64,000 bases of DNA from Lineus longissimus (lineage: Eukaryota), in contig NC_088308.1 in the NCBI RefSeq assembly GCF_910592395.1, positions 2,480,001-2,544,000 of the forward strand. The letters are read 5' to 3'. Position 1 is the first letter of the stretch, and every line of letters starts with the position of its first letter. Positions 39,301 through 52,355 of this stretch are shown here, piece by piece. The notes under the pieces are model-generated. The model was not told the DNA's origin, searched no databases, and saw only the letters and a program-made list of their open reading frames with translations. The translations under genes were made by a program, and so were the position numbers.

Positions 39301-41534
39301 GGTACCTGGTACAAAATGTGTTTGAAATCAGAGATAGATAGGGAGCTTACGGAATGTTTACCCAAAAAATTCTATCATAACCGCCCATGCAGCCTGCCCG
39401 CTGCCGTGTTGCACCCGGGGTGCGGCTGCATTTAACTTAAATCAACTTACGATGCCCAGCTCGTAAAGCAGAAATTTGAATGGAGCATAAGGAGTGATTG
39501 ATGTAGTCCGACTACAGCATTCTGAGTAACTCTATTAAGGCAGGAGAGTGACGTGTACGTTAATGCAATGCTCTCGCATGCGCGAAAGGATATGTTGGAT
39601 ATGCCATACGGTAAAGGTAGTCTGTTTTGGCGTAGAATGTGATCACCCTCGGGAATAGGGAATGTTATTATCAAATCCTGGATATGACAGTGTTTCACTG
39701 GATACACTAGAAGGTAAGGTGTACATGTATATGTGTTGCTAAATTTCGTTCAGCTATGGTTCTTTATAGCCTATAGCATCTCCATTAGTATCTCCATTAT
39801 CTCATGTATTGAGGGTTGCCTGTACTTGAGTTTAACCACGTGCTTACAATGTAGCTCAAATTTTATTCTATCAGATTGTAAAGCATAACAATTTGTACAT
39901 TACAAAGCATTATAACCGTGATAACTAATTCTGTTTTTCGCCCTACATGCTGACAGGTTATATCCATGTCGCTCTATTCGCAATAATCTGATAAGACAAC
40001 TGAACTGTGTTGCCAGTAACATGTTTCATTCCACCTAATTGCCAGCGTTTGGTTACTTTTACCACCGCTAAAGGAGCTGCACTCTCAAGGTGACGACCGC
40101 GACTCAGTTCCCTCATTTGATTTCATAACGTGACGAAGAGTTTCTTTCAGCAGTGCTGATCATAATATAATGGTTCGAAACCATCAAGATAGATTTGACC
40201 AATCATCCCCACCACTGTCTGTTGTTGAAATTGAGGTATCAATTAGGCATACATGCTTCCACGGTCCATCCTCACCACATGCGATATAATACGCCATACC
40301 ATTCTTGATACCATCATGACGGTTTCTCCGATCCAGTGCGGTCCCGCTGTTAGGTTTTTGCTGTTGCCCATTTCTCACTGTTTCCAAACAATAGACATTA
40401 AGAGAGACCATGAGAGACACTTTTCATTAGGACGAGGCAGAGAGAAACCAATATCGATGTTCCAATAAGCTTTTTTAGCGTTCCCCAAACAATTACGCAA
40501 AACAGTAAGAAATGGAAACAGTCAAACTTGGGAAACCGGCCATGTGAAATATTCAAACCAAGCCGTGGACACATGCGAACATGTTTTGGATTGGAAGTAC
40601 ATGTATAAGAAAAAGCATCACCTCTCAGTGCAAAAGCAATCGTCTACATAAATTCATTCGAATCACAACCAATTTATCCAAAACACTTGATATGATTGAG
40701 GTTGCTTGGCTCCCATGGCTCATAGCTGTCTTTGAAGATCCCCTTCCATTATCTATCGAATGTTTATCTACCATTTAAATCGTGATGGCTTCTCTACGGG
40801 AGTATAGGCAAAATGCTTATGATCATGAAGCTCGAGATATGCCAGTAGAGCTGTTACAGCGTGAGAGTCAAGCTCGAGTAACGGTATTGTGTAGAAATAA
40901 AGGTTTTTGAGCTTTTGAAATTCTTTTAGTGGTTTTTCGGCCAAGAGAATATGCACGCCACAGAGGTTATACCGCAAAATGAAACATGGTATCTTGGTAC
41001 CTATGACACAGATAACATGTTCACAGAAACCATGTTACCTTGTAATCCGTTATGAACATTATTGTACAATTGAATAATCTAGAGGAAATCCCCACATTCA
41101 AATTTCCTTCCGCTCCCCAAACATTGCCGTATGCGTTCTCTTCTTATTCATTAACGGCAAGGCAATAAACATATCTTTTGGAGCTGACTGGGGAGGCTAC
41201 GTCTATCTGCAACCATGGCAACTCGGAGGCATGCTCCGGATAGCTCGAGGTGGTTAACAGCAGTCTATTATGGAGTGGCCAAGACATGTCAGGGGAACAG
41301 AGCTGAATTCTCTGCAGCAAAGCGCCAAAATAAATCACGAACATAGGAAAGTCTCATTTACAGGCGATCATTGGAAATATCATTCACATGCGAGGTCTGA
41401 TAGATAAGGGCGTTTTCGCAAATCCGCCGAAACGCCAACGTGAACATCTATCTCATTGTTCGACCTCCTGATAACGGAAGACGGGTAGGCGTTCACGTGG
41501 ACGTTTCGCGGGCTTTGCGAAAATTCCCAAATAA

Positions 41535-41645
41535 CCTCATTCACAGGCGAGACCTTGTGGAAAAGCCTCACTAGCAGACCTCATTCACAGGACAACCTTA
41601 TTCACAGGCGAGGTATTAGAAAAAAACATTCGCGAGGCGAGGTCT
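41535..41645 (+). repeat. Short degenerate minisatellite
   Basis: (CCTC)ATTCACAGGCGAG-like unit, about four copies. Confidence 0.55.
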
Positions 41646-41723
41646 TACCACACCATATCAAATATTAAGTTATACTTAGATCCGCCAGTAGTTAGTTTAA
41701 CCATTCTGCATTTTCTCAACAGG

Positions 41724-43372
41724 ATGCCCAAATTCAATGACACCAGTAATAATCAGTTGTTAGGTTACTTCCGAGAGAGCCGGTTGTTGTTGGATCCACT
41801 CTTCATCGTGATTGGTATCGTTGGCTGCGTTTTAGCAGTTCTTTACCTTGAAAACATGTAAGTAAAGTTGGAGATCGGATCCTGGAAGTGCTTTTTCAAT
41901 TATTCATACTTGCTCAATTTAACATAGACATCAGGGTGCAGTGATTTGTTTTACAACGTCCTGTAGGAGACATAGCAGACATGATCTCGTTTAGATAAAA
42001 TTCTAGAGGTGTTCCTTCACACAAACCTCAGACACCAGTCTTATCAAATTGTTAATCAAATGCATTATGGATTCCTCTTGGATCCGGAACGCGATGTCAT
42101 AACCAGACTAACAGAGAAGATTCGAATTGACTTTGAACAACGCGATGTTAGTTGAAACGACTAAATAGACGAGGTTTTCAACATATTTAACCTCTTCGAT
42201 CGAGAACACGATGTCATAACACAGGGCCGATTCCTCTATCGGCGTTTTGTGTGGTATCCCTCCTCTACAGAGACTTTAGGACTGTCGTACACTGCTGATA
42301 ATTCGGTATGTCATAACCAGACTGACATAAAGCTTTCAGATTTGCCTGCAACATCTTGATATGAAGTTTGGGGGATCGATGGAGAATCAAGACATATAGC
42401 TAGGCTATAAATTATTTCGAGTTCTGCGCTTATGGAGTTGCTTTATAATGTCATCCAAATGTGTACGAGTGTAACATGCGTAATTTTGAATCAGTATCAC
42501 ATTACAACTGCGTCTTAAAAAGAAGTAACGTTAATAACCCATCCATCACCATCCATTATCTTTTGTCTGGTGAAGTTATTAAATCAAACACGATTTGTCT
42601 TAACTAATCTTACAAGCATGCTGCCTATCCCCATATAAATGACTATCATTGTATAATTGTTTAAAGATGTATGACTAGAGAGATTTAGTAGAATCGTGCA
42701 GCAATCATCCCCGTAATACTACATATCAGATCGCAGGCTGTCGGAGGGGATTTCGACTCGGCGCCACAGATACAATACCATATCTGCATGCAGTACCAAA
42801 TACTTTTTCTCGCTTATATTCCAAGTGGCTCTTGGATATAAAGTTAGAAGAGCAATTCCCCAGAGAAATCCTTCACGCTGATTGTTTTTTCACCCGATAT
42901 TTTCCAGATACGCCCGTGTGGGAGTAGCATTCTTGGCTGCCTGTTGGACAGCCGCCGGGTTCGGAATGTGCTGCGTCCATTGCTGCAAGTCACTTAGAGA
43001 AACAGAATTAAGACAGAAAGAAGCAAAAGAAGAGAGCACTAAACTGGTAAGGTCAAGGTCACATCTTCAATCATCAATCATTAAGTGATTAATGGATCAA
43101 TATATATTGAATTTATAAAGTATTACTATCTATGGTATCTATGGAACTAATGTTGACTGGCTATCTTGGTTCGATATTGGTGACGCCGAGCTACTTTATT
43201 AGTTTAGAAGAGTACGCTATGTATGTTGTGTTGGAATTTTGGCATTTTATGTTGGATTGTAGAACTAATACGTTAAACACTGTCTGCTGCTGTTTTTTAA
43301 TATTTTTTATTATTCATGTAATTTCAGAGTGAAGTTCGCTTATCTAACGCATCAAGTGGGGAAAATGTGTAG
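41724..43372 (+). CDS. Small 2-TM protein, array copy C; exons 41724-41857, 42908-43046, 43328-43372; about 105 aa
   Basis: MPKFNDTSNNQLLGYFRESRLLLDPLFIVIGIVGCVLAVLYLEN-I-YARVGVAFLAACWTAAGFGMCCVHCCKSLRETELRQKEAKEESTKL-SEVRLSNASSGENV*. Splice phases are conserved. Candidate 5' UTR donor AAG|GTAAGG at 39714. Confidence 0.88.
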
Positions 43373-46300
43373 TGGTAGACCAGTGGGAAGCAACCAATCC
43401 AATGTGGTAAATAATAGATGACATTATAGCGGTAATTACTCTATTTGATGAATATTGCCATAAATCACAATTGCACGCATTTCAATTTTGTGTTGTACTA
43501 CAGCCAGACTCAGCCTCGATGATTCCAGCCCGGCGTCGATTCGATCCACCCCCCTGAGTGGGCCGCGTGATGACCCCCAGCACCACACAGAGATTGCACA
43601 GAATCAGGGCTTCTATTTCTGGTAGCCCGTCAGGCACCAGTGGGCGGAGTTTAGGAGACCAAGCCACTGCAGGTCCTGGATACAGGAGAGCCCGTCTCCG
43701 CCCGTAAGCGTACGTGCGTGCGTACTCACGCAGTACGTACAGAAGGCTACTCAGGTCCACTGTGTCTGTGTTTAGATAAGGAATCATTAGGAAACAACTT
43801 GGATCCCTTTATCTCCCTCTAACTGACTTGAACAATTTGTTGGAGGTTGCTGTTTGACAAAAGAGGAAATTCGGCAGGGAAATAGCCGACCTCTATCTCC
43901 CATCTTTCTGGCATCAAGTTATTTTGCAATTATCCCGGCCTAATTGATGTCTATAGAGAGAAATGATCTTCCCGATCATTTCATCATTGATCAGTATCGC
44001 TAATCGGTCATAAACAACCAGCTAATATTTACAAACACAATAATTATATGCATGTGTTACCACAGAACATCATATTCTGCATAATGATGTTCTGGGGAAA
44101 TACATACTGTACTGTACGTATCATCAAGCCAGGTCATCTGACATCCTTCAGCAAAAGAATTTGTAAGATATGATATGGTGATTAGTATGAGTAACCAGGC
44201 GATGAGCGAGGTAGTTCCATCTTTACGCGTGATCAGGGAGAACTATCAGAACCGATGTGCCGATGCTTCTAGAATGACGGGAGAGAAAACGATGGTAGTT
44301 CCATCTTACTTGTATGTTGGTCTGCAGTCACGGTATCAGTGTTTGCCAGTGGTATAGAATAGTCTGCAAAGTCTAATTATTTGAGAATGGCTGAGCAACG
44401 CTAAAATGGCGACTTAAGTCAGGACTGGCCAATGTAATGCATGGACACAAGCTAGAATAACGACACTGGTGCGGTAAGAATAAGATACCTCTCGTAGCTT
44501 ACCTCCGCGACGAAGCAAAGCGAATAGAATTAAGGCTCGTGCAAACGTCTATCTTCTTACATTTATAACCATCTTTCCTAGTACCGTTACCGGCAGTCAT
44601 GCATGTTATGGCCATGTCGTGGTAGTGGTGCCTGTGCAGAACTCTGATCAGTTTAGTATTTGACTGTTTAAGGGGAGAAAGGGTGATGCACTTTTTTTAA
44701 TCCAATGAGTCATTTGTTTGCCATTCTGACAGACATCCGTCTCACCAATATAACTAGTGATGAGGACCCCATCAGAATACGATCATTGAAACAAAAATTA
44801 ACTAAAAGATGTTTTGAACCACAAAGAGTAAGAAACGCTTTCGAATTCTGCCACAGAGAACTGGTCGTCATATGTTTACACCCACTATTGCTTCCCTTGA
44901 CATCGCGATCGATTCTCAAATTGGATGCGGGCTGCTTCAGTGTACAGCTGTGTACGTCGGTACTGTTGCGGGTATGGGGCGTTACTGTACGGGTGCAGCC
45001 ATATACATGTAGACTGAGGCATACGTTACCGACGATTTGTTGCGAGCTGAGCCATTAAAAATACGAGTTCTGTATGATTTGCGCACGGATTGCTCGCACA
45101 AGGGATTTAGGTCTATTTTCGCAGGGATGCTGAATAGTTAATATGATTCGACAGTTAAATGAAGCAGTAGATTGCGCACGCGAGGTGACATCATCCTGAA
45201 TGTTAAACTCATTCTGTCCCAGGAGTATTGATGGCTGAATCTGGGGTGATTTCAGAACGAGGTAATGGTGTCTGCGCATGCGTCATTCGTTTCGCTGGTA
45301 GATGAGATGTAGATAATCTCGCAACAAACTGTAGTACGCTTTCCTGTGAATCTTAGCGGCTTTTATTATTAGGGGTTCGTGTTTGGTAAAAGGAATATAC
45401 CAGAATATTTCGAGAAGTGTTTTTCTATACTGGATATTTCTAACATTTCGTTCCTTGGATTTGCGCTAAAGGAGGTTAATAGCATGATGGAAAATACCAC
45501 TACGCAGTATGGATGATACACGTTAGGTTGGTAGTTCGGGTCAAAGCATGCTGTTGTTTTATCTCACAAATGCGAGGCTTTGCCAAAACGATGAACGCCA
45601 GACAGATTGACTGTTTAAAGAAATATTGATTTTCCACTCGTAACTAAGATGAAATATACATAGACTTTGTGTCTCATTGCTGGGTACTGCTTTGCTGTTG
45701 ACATTCTACTTTGCTTTCAGTCGTTGTTTTCATTTCAAAACGACGAAAACGAATCGATTAAAAATCATATATTTGTACACCTGTTCAGTTCTAAATAAAA
45801 ACAGTTTCGAGTTGTACGGGTCCTATATTCTATGCTTTGTCTTGTTACCTTCAACGGTCTTGTTGATGCTGCCACAATAAAAATCGTCCAATGAAATTAA
45901 TTCTATATATCGCTCTAGGATGACAGCATGAGTCGCTACAATAAACCATGTACATGATTTGTACATTAGGTCGGTCTGCCACTATACCACCGACCGACTG
46001 TGAAGTGGTTTGGTCGATATCACCATGTTCCCTCTGGGACCATACTTGATCACCAGACAACAGGTGTTATACTACTTGAGAAAAATTCCATGGTGATTAT
46101 TCAGCGGAAAGTCGTCACTTTTGGCTTACTCTTAAGCATGATATTATCAGGGTATTGTTCCTTGCTGATGCATGCATTATCATCTTAACGGAATCGGATA
46201 AAAGAATGTTAAATATGTATCTAAGAGCAAACAGAATCGTTGGCACTTTTGTACCTGTACATTTGCCGTTGATTTCGACTCTGAAGACTTCTAGTTATTT

Positions 46301-49034
46301 TATCTGAAGAGCCCACGGCCTCATTCTTCCAGCGCCGATATCTTTCTCACTTCTTATCCAGAACAACCTACATAACATATTCATTCTATCGAATACATAT
46401 TTCGAACGATTATTTTGAGAACTAAAGGAATGCTATGGCTTTGAAACTATTCCATTTTGGGCAGGTATTAGGTTGATTATCACTGACACGTCAGATCTCC
46501 TTGCACCAACAGTTCTCCACGACGAAATACAATTGCAATTCTGTGATCTGTATCTGACCTTACACATCTTCATAACCATATCTATTATCAATGAGGTTTA
46601 TTAGATTAGAGGAAAATAAATGGAAACGCCCAAGGACAGACTGTTCCAAGAGATTCTTACAAAAAGCCAACAGATTTTTTTCACTATCTAATTCAGCCTG
46701 AGGTTTGTCGGCATAATCTGAGTGTTGTATATCGTTGGGGTGGATGAAAGAATATTGTGGTCGTTTCCCTGGTTGTCGAACTAGTTTTTCGATTTAATAT
46801 AAAAAATAGATTAAAAGGTACTATATATTGGGTAACCACCGATGTATCAGTTTCAGTTATAACAATAGAATCTTGGTATTCAGTCAATGCTTGCGTGGTG
46901 AAGGAGTTGGCTACACGATGTTTTTTTCTTTCACCCCAAACTGCTAAAAAGCTTAATTGTAGCTTGCCATTAACAACTGATCGTCCTAGCTTCTAATATC
47001 TGTTGGACATAGCCAGTCTCCACATTCTGCCAAGCCTTGGTCAATATTGATCGACCACTAATACCCCTGCTAGAACGTTCCATCGCCATGGTCAAACATC
47101 ATGCCTTGGAGTCATTACCAATAAGTAAGTTAATGGAATCCGAAACGCCACTCAGCCTGAAAATATCTATTTAAAGGCTAGCACGAAGCAATCGTTTCCA
47201 ATTTGATAGTTTATGTTAATGATGTAAACATTACGTCAATTCCGTGATAATGTTATACAGTATATTATTTGTATGATAAAGTTATGTGGATACCAGCATA
47301 CCATGACACTTGGACTATCACTGTCCTTATCTTTTATCTAACGCATAATTGCATGATTCTACTGATTAATTTCATGTATCGTATTGTCCTTTCCTAATAT
47401 ATTGAAGGACAGAAGGGCCTCAAATGTGAGCAGCACTTTCCATCTGATAGAAAATAGTGTGGTATTGCATTGTTTGCCTCACACTGACCTGGCGAATGAT
47501 CAACTATACCATTATTTACATTCAACCTTCAGCCATTCTGTTGATTGATCATCGCATAAAATAGATTAAATTTATTTTTCGTTGATCACACCAAGATATA
47601 ATCTATTGCGCAGAACCATGCATTCTCTTGCACCGTTGAGCAGGTCTGAAAACCGTAAATTAATGGGAAGGCTTTGAGGTAATTATGTTATGATCATGGG
47701 CTCGAGACAAGTGATTTTTCTTAGATGAGCGATCTGATCACCGCTCGCGCCAGCATGAAATCAATAAATCGTGGTAATTTAAATTGGATTTCTGATCGTG
47801 ACCTTGGGTTTGTGTGGGAGCTTATTAAATATCATCAAACATTGTGATTGTTAGTTGATATACTAGATGTACATTATCACTGAACCTCTCTTTGCTGGAG
47901 CAACTTTTCCACTGCTATCTTCAATTCTCACAACGTCCGAAGTCCGAAGCAAATCATTAAAATTTCCTCTATTGGTTCATTCAGTTAAAACAAGATTGCA
48001 TTAGGCCGCTCGATACAATGAATCATTCAACGGAAAATTTGAAAAGATTACCATGACCGTATATCAAACGGGAAGCCTGTAACCATGCAACCATACCATT
48101 GCTACACTATGGCTAAGGTATACTGCGCTGGTGAACTGAAAGCAACTATAGAGTCCCATTAGATTGCTACAGAGCTCCTGGATTAGTCATTGGGCTGGTT
48201 GCCCAGTAACTGATGGCATGGCTTGCCATCACTTTACACTGTGACGAGTTTAGGAATATTATATGTTAAATAATTCATCCGGCTTAAAAGTGAAACAGTC
48301 CTCTGTGCCTCAGGTAGTTATTACGGTGGTCATGATTGTCTTTCGTGCTGACAAAAATCGATGTTACAGAAATAAAAGTCCTTGAGGAGAGCAAGTCCCC
48401 GTATATACAGATTTTGTGACAAATTGCGTCACGGTCTTTGATTATGTAGATGGGCGATGGACTTGCGGCCTATCATATCACAAACTAAGATAACTCCTTA
48501 ATCTCATTTCAACATCTCTTTTCAGAGTGATGGAGTTAGTTAGCCATAAACGTAGTAGGCCGTAAAATTGATGATATATTTTAGGTACGTATCATGAAGG
48601 GGAAGAATCAGGTGTCATACAATAACGCCTGTGTAGAGCTCGCGACGGGCTGTAAACGGTTGAGCGATTTTCGTCGCATGCAATGTTGTAATGCGACGGA
48701 AGTAAGCAACAGACGAGTTTTTTTTTTTTGGCAAAACGTGCTCTTTGACCGAATAAAGAAGACATTATTCTTCTCTGTTGCAAGGAATTCCATTACGACA
48801 GCAGTGCTATCATCTGCATTCAATATTCGTGCCTTGTTGTCTGGCTTTATGTGAGTCATCTTCGTCTTCTCTGTTGGCCGTTGGTGATAATCGGTATTGT
48901 TGTGGCTGCGAATTCTAGTTCCATGAGTAGGCTGCGTGTGACTTCGACTCCAGCCGACCGCTGTAAATAACATTGATTTATCCTTCCTTCCTTTTTCAGC
49001 TTTGGTAGTTTAGGAGAACTCGAGTGACCCAAGG

Positions 49035-52000
49035 ATGCCTTTTAATGATACCACCAACAATCCCCTCTTCGGCTTCTTGAGAAAGAAGCGGTTGGTTCTT
49101 GACCCATTCTTCATCATCTTCGGTGTAGCGTTCTGTGTTCTTTCTGCTTTATATCTAGAAAATATGTAAGTTTACATCATCATCGTATGAATTGCCCTTG
49201 ACCATGACGACTTACTGGCGGTGAAAGTCATCCTTTCAAAAGGAAGGATATGGGGAATGGATGATTTTTGTTCAGTTTTGGTAACAACGAATAGTTTCAA
49301 GCGAATCAACCTGGCGAATCTATAAAACTGATGTAGATTTTTCAACTTCCCTTCGCCACGCCTTGTTACACAGTGATATCAATTTGCAAATAGGATGCCT
49401 GTGAATAAAACATCCGAATTAGGATCTGTATTATTTAGACAACGCAGTTGATGCTCCGATTCGCTCGAGTGATATTCATCCATCATATCCATGGTTGCTT
49501 TGTAAATCATGGCTTTTGATACTCTATTTTGGAGTGAGAAAGGTTGGTTTCGGAACTAATGAATGAAATTGTGTTGGGCGAGAACAGTATAGTCGTGTCT
49601 GTATACGCTTCGTACTGCAATAGGAACCACACCCAGCACATCACACAAGTGAATAATATTTTATTAAGTTTCGCGTCCTTTTTTCAGGTATGCCAAGGTT
49701 GGTGTCTCCTTACTTGCTGCTGGTTGGACTGTAGGGGCTCTCGTCATGTGCTGTGTGGATAGCCAAAAGCCGAAAAAAGAAGATGAAGAAAATATTATGG
49801 TAGGTAGAGCGATGCAAGGGACAAGGGTTAAGCAAACAGAGATGTGGTTGATTGGTTTCAAGAGGTCAGTGGAAATGTAATAAGCATCACAAATCGAAAT
49901 GATATCAAATATTTGGAACATTCTGACACACTTGCAAATAAGAACAACTGGTTTCATAAAACTTGAGTTCGATCGTTGTGATAATACTGTTTACTGTCAA
50001 ACATGCGACATGCTAACCCATTGCTACGTTTACAGGAAAATGAGGTGTTGCCAGACTTCGATAGTACCGCGTCAGCATAGCTTACCACTGCTTGCAAAAG
50101 TGAGGGGCTTATTTAAAAGCATTTGAAAATGTGTACAGTGTGAAGTGTAGGGTGCTCGAAGGTGAGATTTTGGTCATTGACTTCGGAGCTAGCTTTATCT
50201 TGTACATTGTCTGTCTCTGGCTGAGGATTAGGGCATTTCCTTTGGAACATTAACCTCTGTCCACTTTTTGAAGTAATTCGTAAAGAAATACATTCAGTTT
50301 CTTATTACATGTACGCTATATGATTAGTGTAAGATAAAACTTCAATCTCAGCAAGACAGGGTTTCCGTGGAAATGCTCAAAGAATCTACAGCTGCACTTC
50401 AAATCTCACTGCACGACTGCACTTATCTCTATCTTGCTTTTATAGCGGCTTAGCTTAACTACAGTATCGACGTTGTAATGTAACGTTTATCATGTTCACA
50501 GTATCTTGAATTACATGCACTTTTCATTTTAACTTTTGCATTATAAGTTTAGCATCACCAAATCAATGCCTTTCTGCAAACATCTTCATGCTTAACTTCG
50601 CCGTATTGTTATTTTGCTGCGAAATATCACAGTGCATGATGCACGACGCGTTTGTCTGAAATTGTACTATGCTCCGAGCAGTGCATTTCCATGATCGTTC
50701 TTCATGACGATGTTACCATGGAAAGGATGTTTGTCTCGCAGATTAAGCTACGGGTCTCATTCATATGTAAATGGATCCCAGAGTGATCGATTTTCTTCCA
50801 ATGTCAACCTTGTACTGATCGAGTACTACTTCCTGAACAGTGAGGCATTACCCAAAGCCATGATGAAGGAAATGAGGCTGATAATATCCGCCTGTCAATT
50901 CGATTAGCTAATCTATGTTATGCGCACAATTCCCTCGACCGACTTCCATGTACTCCCAGCATCAATAAATGAACTTCTTGATTGGCATTTTTTGAAGTGT
51001 GTAAGCAGTATACCGAGTTATTTGGCTATGCACTTCAATAAATGAAATCGCAATTGCTTTTGGCAACCTTGGCATTCTCCTTTCCTCTATCAAGTCTCTA
51101 GCACATTTTAACGTGAATGTTAATAGTCTAACTGTCTTTCAGGTTTGATGATAGTTTACACAGTATCAATTAGTTTCGTCAGGTTACACGTGAGAGGGTC
51201 CCTAGTGTTATATGTTATGGAATGAACTAGTACTCCATGTGTACCTAATGTCGGGGTGTTTTCTGGTACATGTACCTTTATTTACCTTTTAACATGTCCC
51301 AAAGAATAATAACCATCATTAGAAGACGCTAAAATACTAGTACCAGTCCTCCAATGTTGTATCATTTAGAATGTGCTTTGAAAGTAGTATATTTGTTGTA
51401 TGTATATGTCATTCTACAGGGTGACCCTACACGGAAGATTTTCTCCATCTTTTTATATACACAATATGTTTTATGTGTGCATGACGGTGTGCCCTTTTTT
51501 GTGAGGAAAAACGTGTAGGAATTGCGCTTGGATGTCCCGAAATTATGTTCTGCACAAGAGTTTGAATTGTTCCTTCCCAGGTTCGGCATCCGACGACATA
51601 ACATATCAGCCGATATAGAAAAAGAACCAAATCTTACCATAATCCATTTCTCCCCGACAAGCATGGCATAGCTATTACTCCAGAGACGCCCATCACCGCC
51701 ACCATTTCGTCCCTTCCTCTTCGTGTCCCTTTGCCCTTCTCTCACCGTAGCGTAACACTGACAATCACCTTCTATTTGATTTCCAGAGTGATGTACATGA
51801 TGTCTAGTTCTTCTATTTGTGACAGCGTGACGAACTGTTAAGTAGGTCAAGGTCAACTGTGTCTTCAGTCTCGTCCTCGCGTACGTCCTCGAGGTATTCT
51901 TCAAGGTCATCTCTAAAAACGTCATCATCTAGAGCCTCGTCTCGGGCATCTAGCAGATCATCCACCCCAAGAAGCACGCACAGACAGTTTGGGCCCTGTG

Positions 52001-52355
52001 ATCTCACCATGTATACTATCAAAGAAAGGTACATTTTGATAAAGATCATATCGATAAAGATCTTATTCGTTTTCCTTGAACATTGAACCATCATTTCAAC
52101 TGAAAACATGAATTAGGCCTACTGTACCGGCTGATGATGCAAATAGATAGCTCGCCGGACATGCATATATATCACAACAATATATGGATCTTCACTTGGG
52201 TTTGAATTTATATTTTCAGTCCAAGTATAATGACGGAAAGCCCCTCCCGAATAGCACGTCCAACCAAGAAGTACTCCACCGAGTCTGAGGAATTGTCATG
52301 TCCTGGTGATAAGGATGATGATGGCGCAAAATCCGACGCTGAGATCCTCAAATAG
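49035..52355 (+). CDS. Small 2-TM protein, array copy D; exons 49035-49165 and 49688-49799, then either 51826-52028 + 52220-52355 (193 aa, Ser/Arg-rich tail) or 51143-51148 (82 aa)
   Basis: MPFNDTTNNPLFGFLRKKRLVLDPFFIIFGVAFCVLSALYLEN-M-YAKVGVSLLAAGWTVGALVMCCVDSQKPKKEDEENIM-RDELLSRSRSTVSSVSSSRTSSRYSSRSS...KE-S-PSIMTESPSRIARPTKKYSTESEELSCPGDKDDDGAKSDAEILK*. All junctions are GT-AG and in frame. The first two exons are high confidence; the tail exons are moderate. Confidence 0.85.

Noticed and set aside
16870..42330. Spaced short repeats (16.9-17.2 kb, 41.5 kb, 42.1-42.3 kb) as CRISPR-like arrays
   Set aside because: The context is eukaryotic and intronic, the units are degenerate and irregularly spaced, and no cas genes are present.
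51362..51928. 188-aa minus-strand ORF
   Set aside because: Random-looking composition, and it overlaps the copy D intron and exon on the opposite strand.
51813..52109. Minus-strand acidic ORF (DDLLDARDEALDDDVFRDDLEEYLED) resembling a neuropeptide precursor spacer
   Set aside because: It is the antisense of the + strand Ser/Arg-rich exon, which has in-phase splice sites linking it to copy D and to the 52220 exon. There is no signal peptide or amidation motif.
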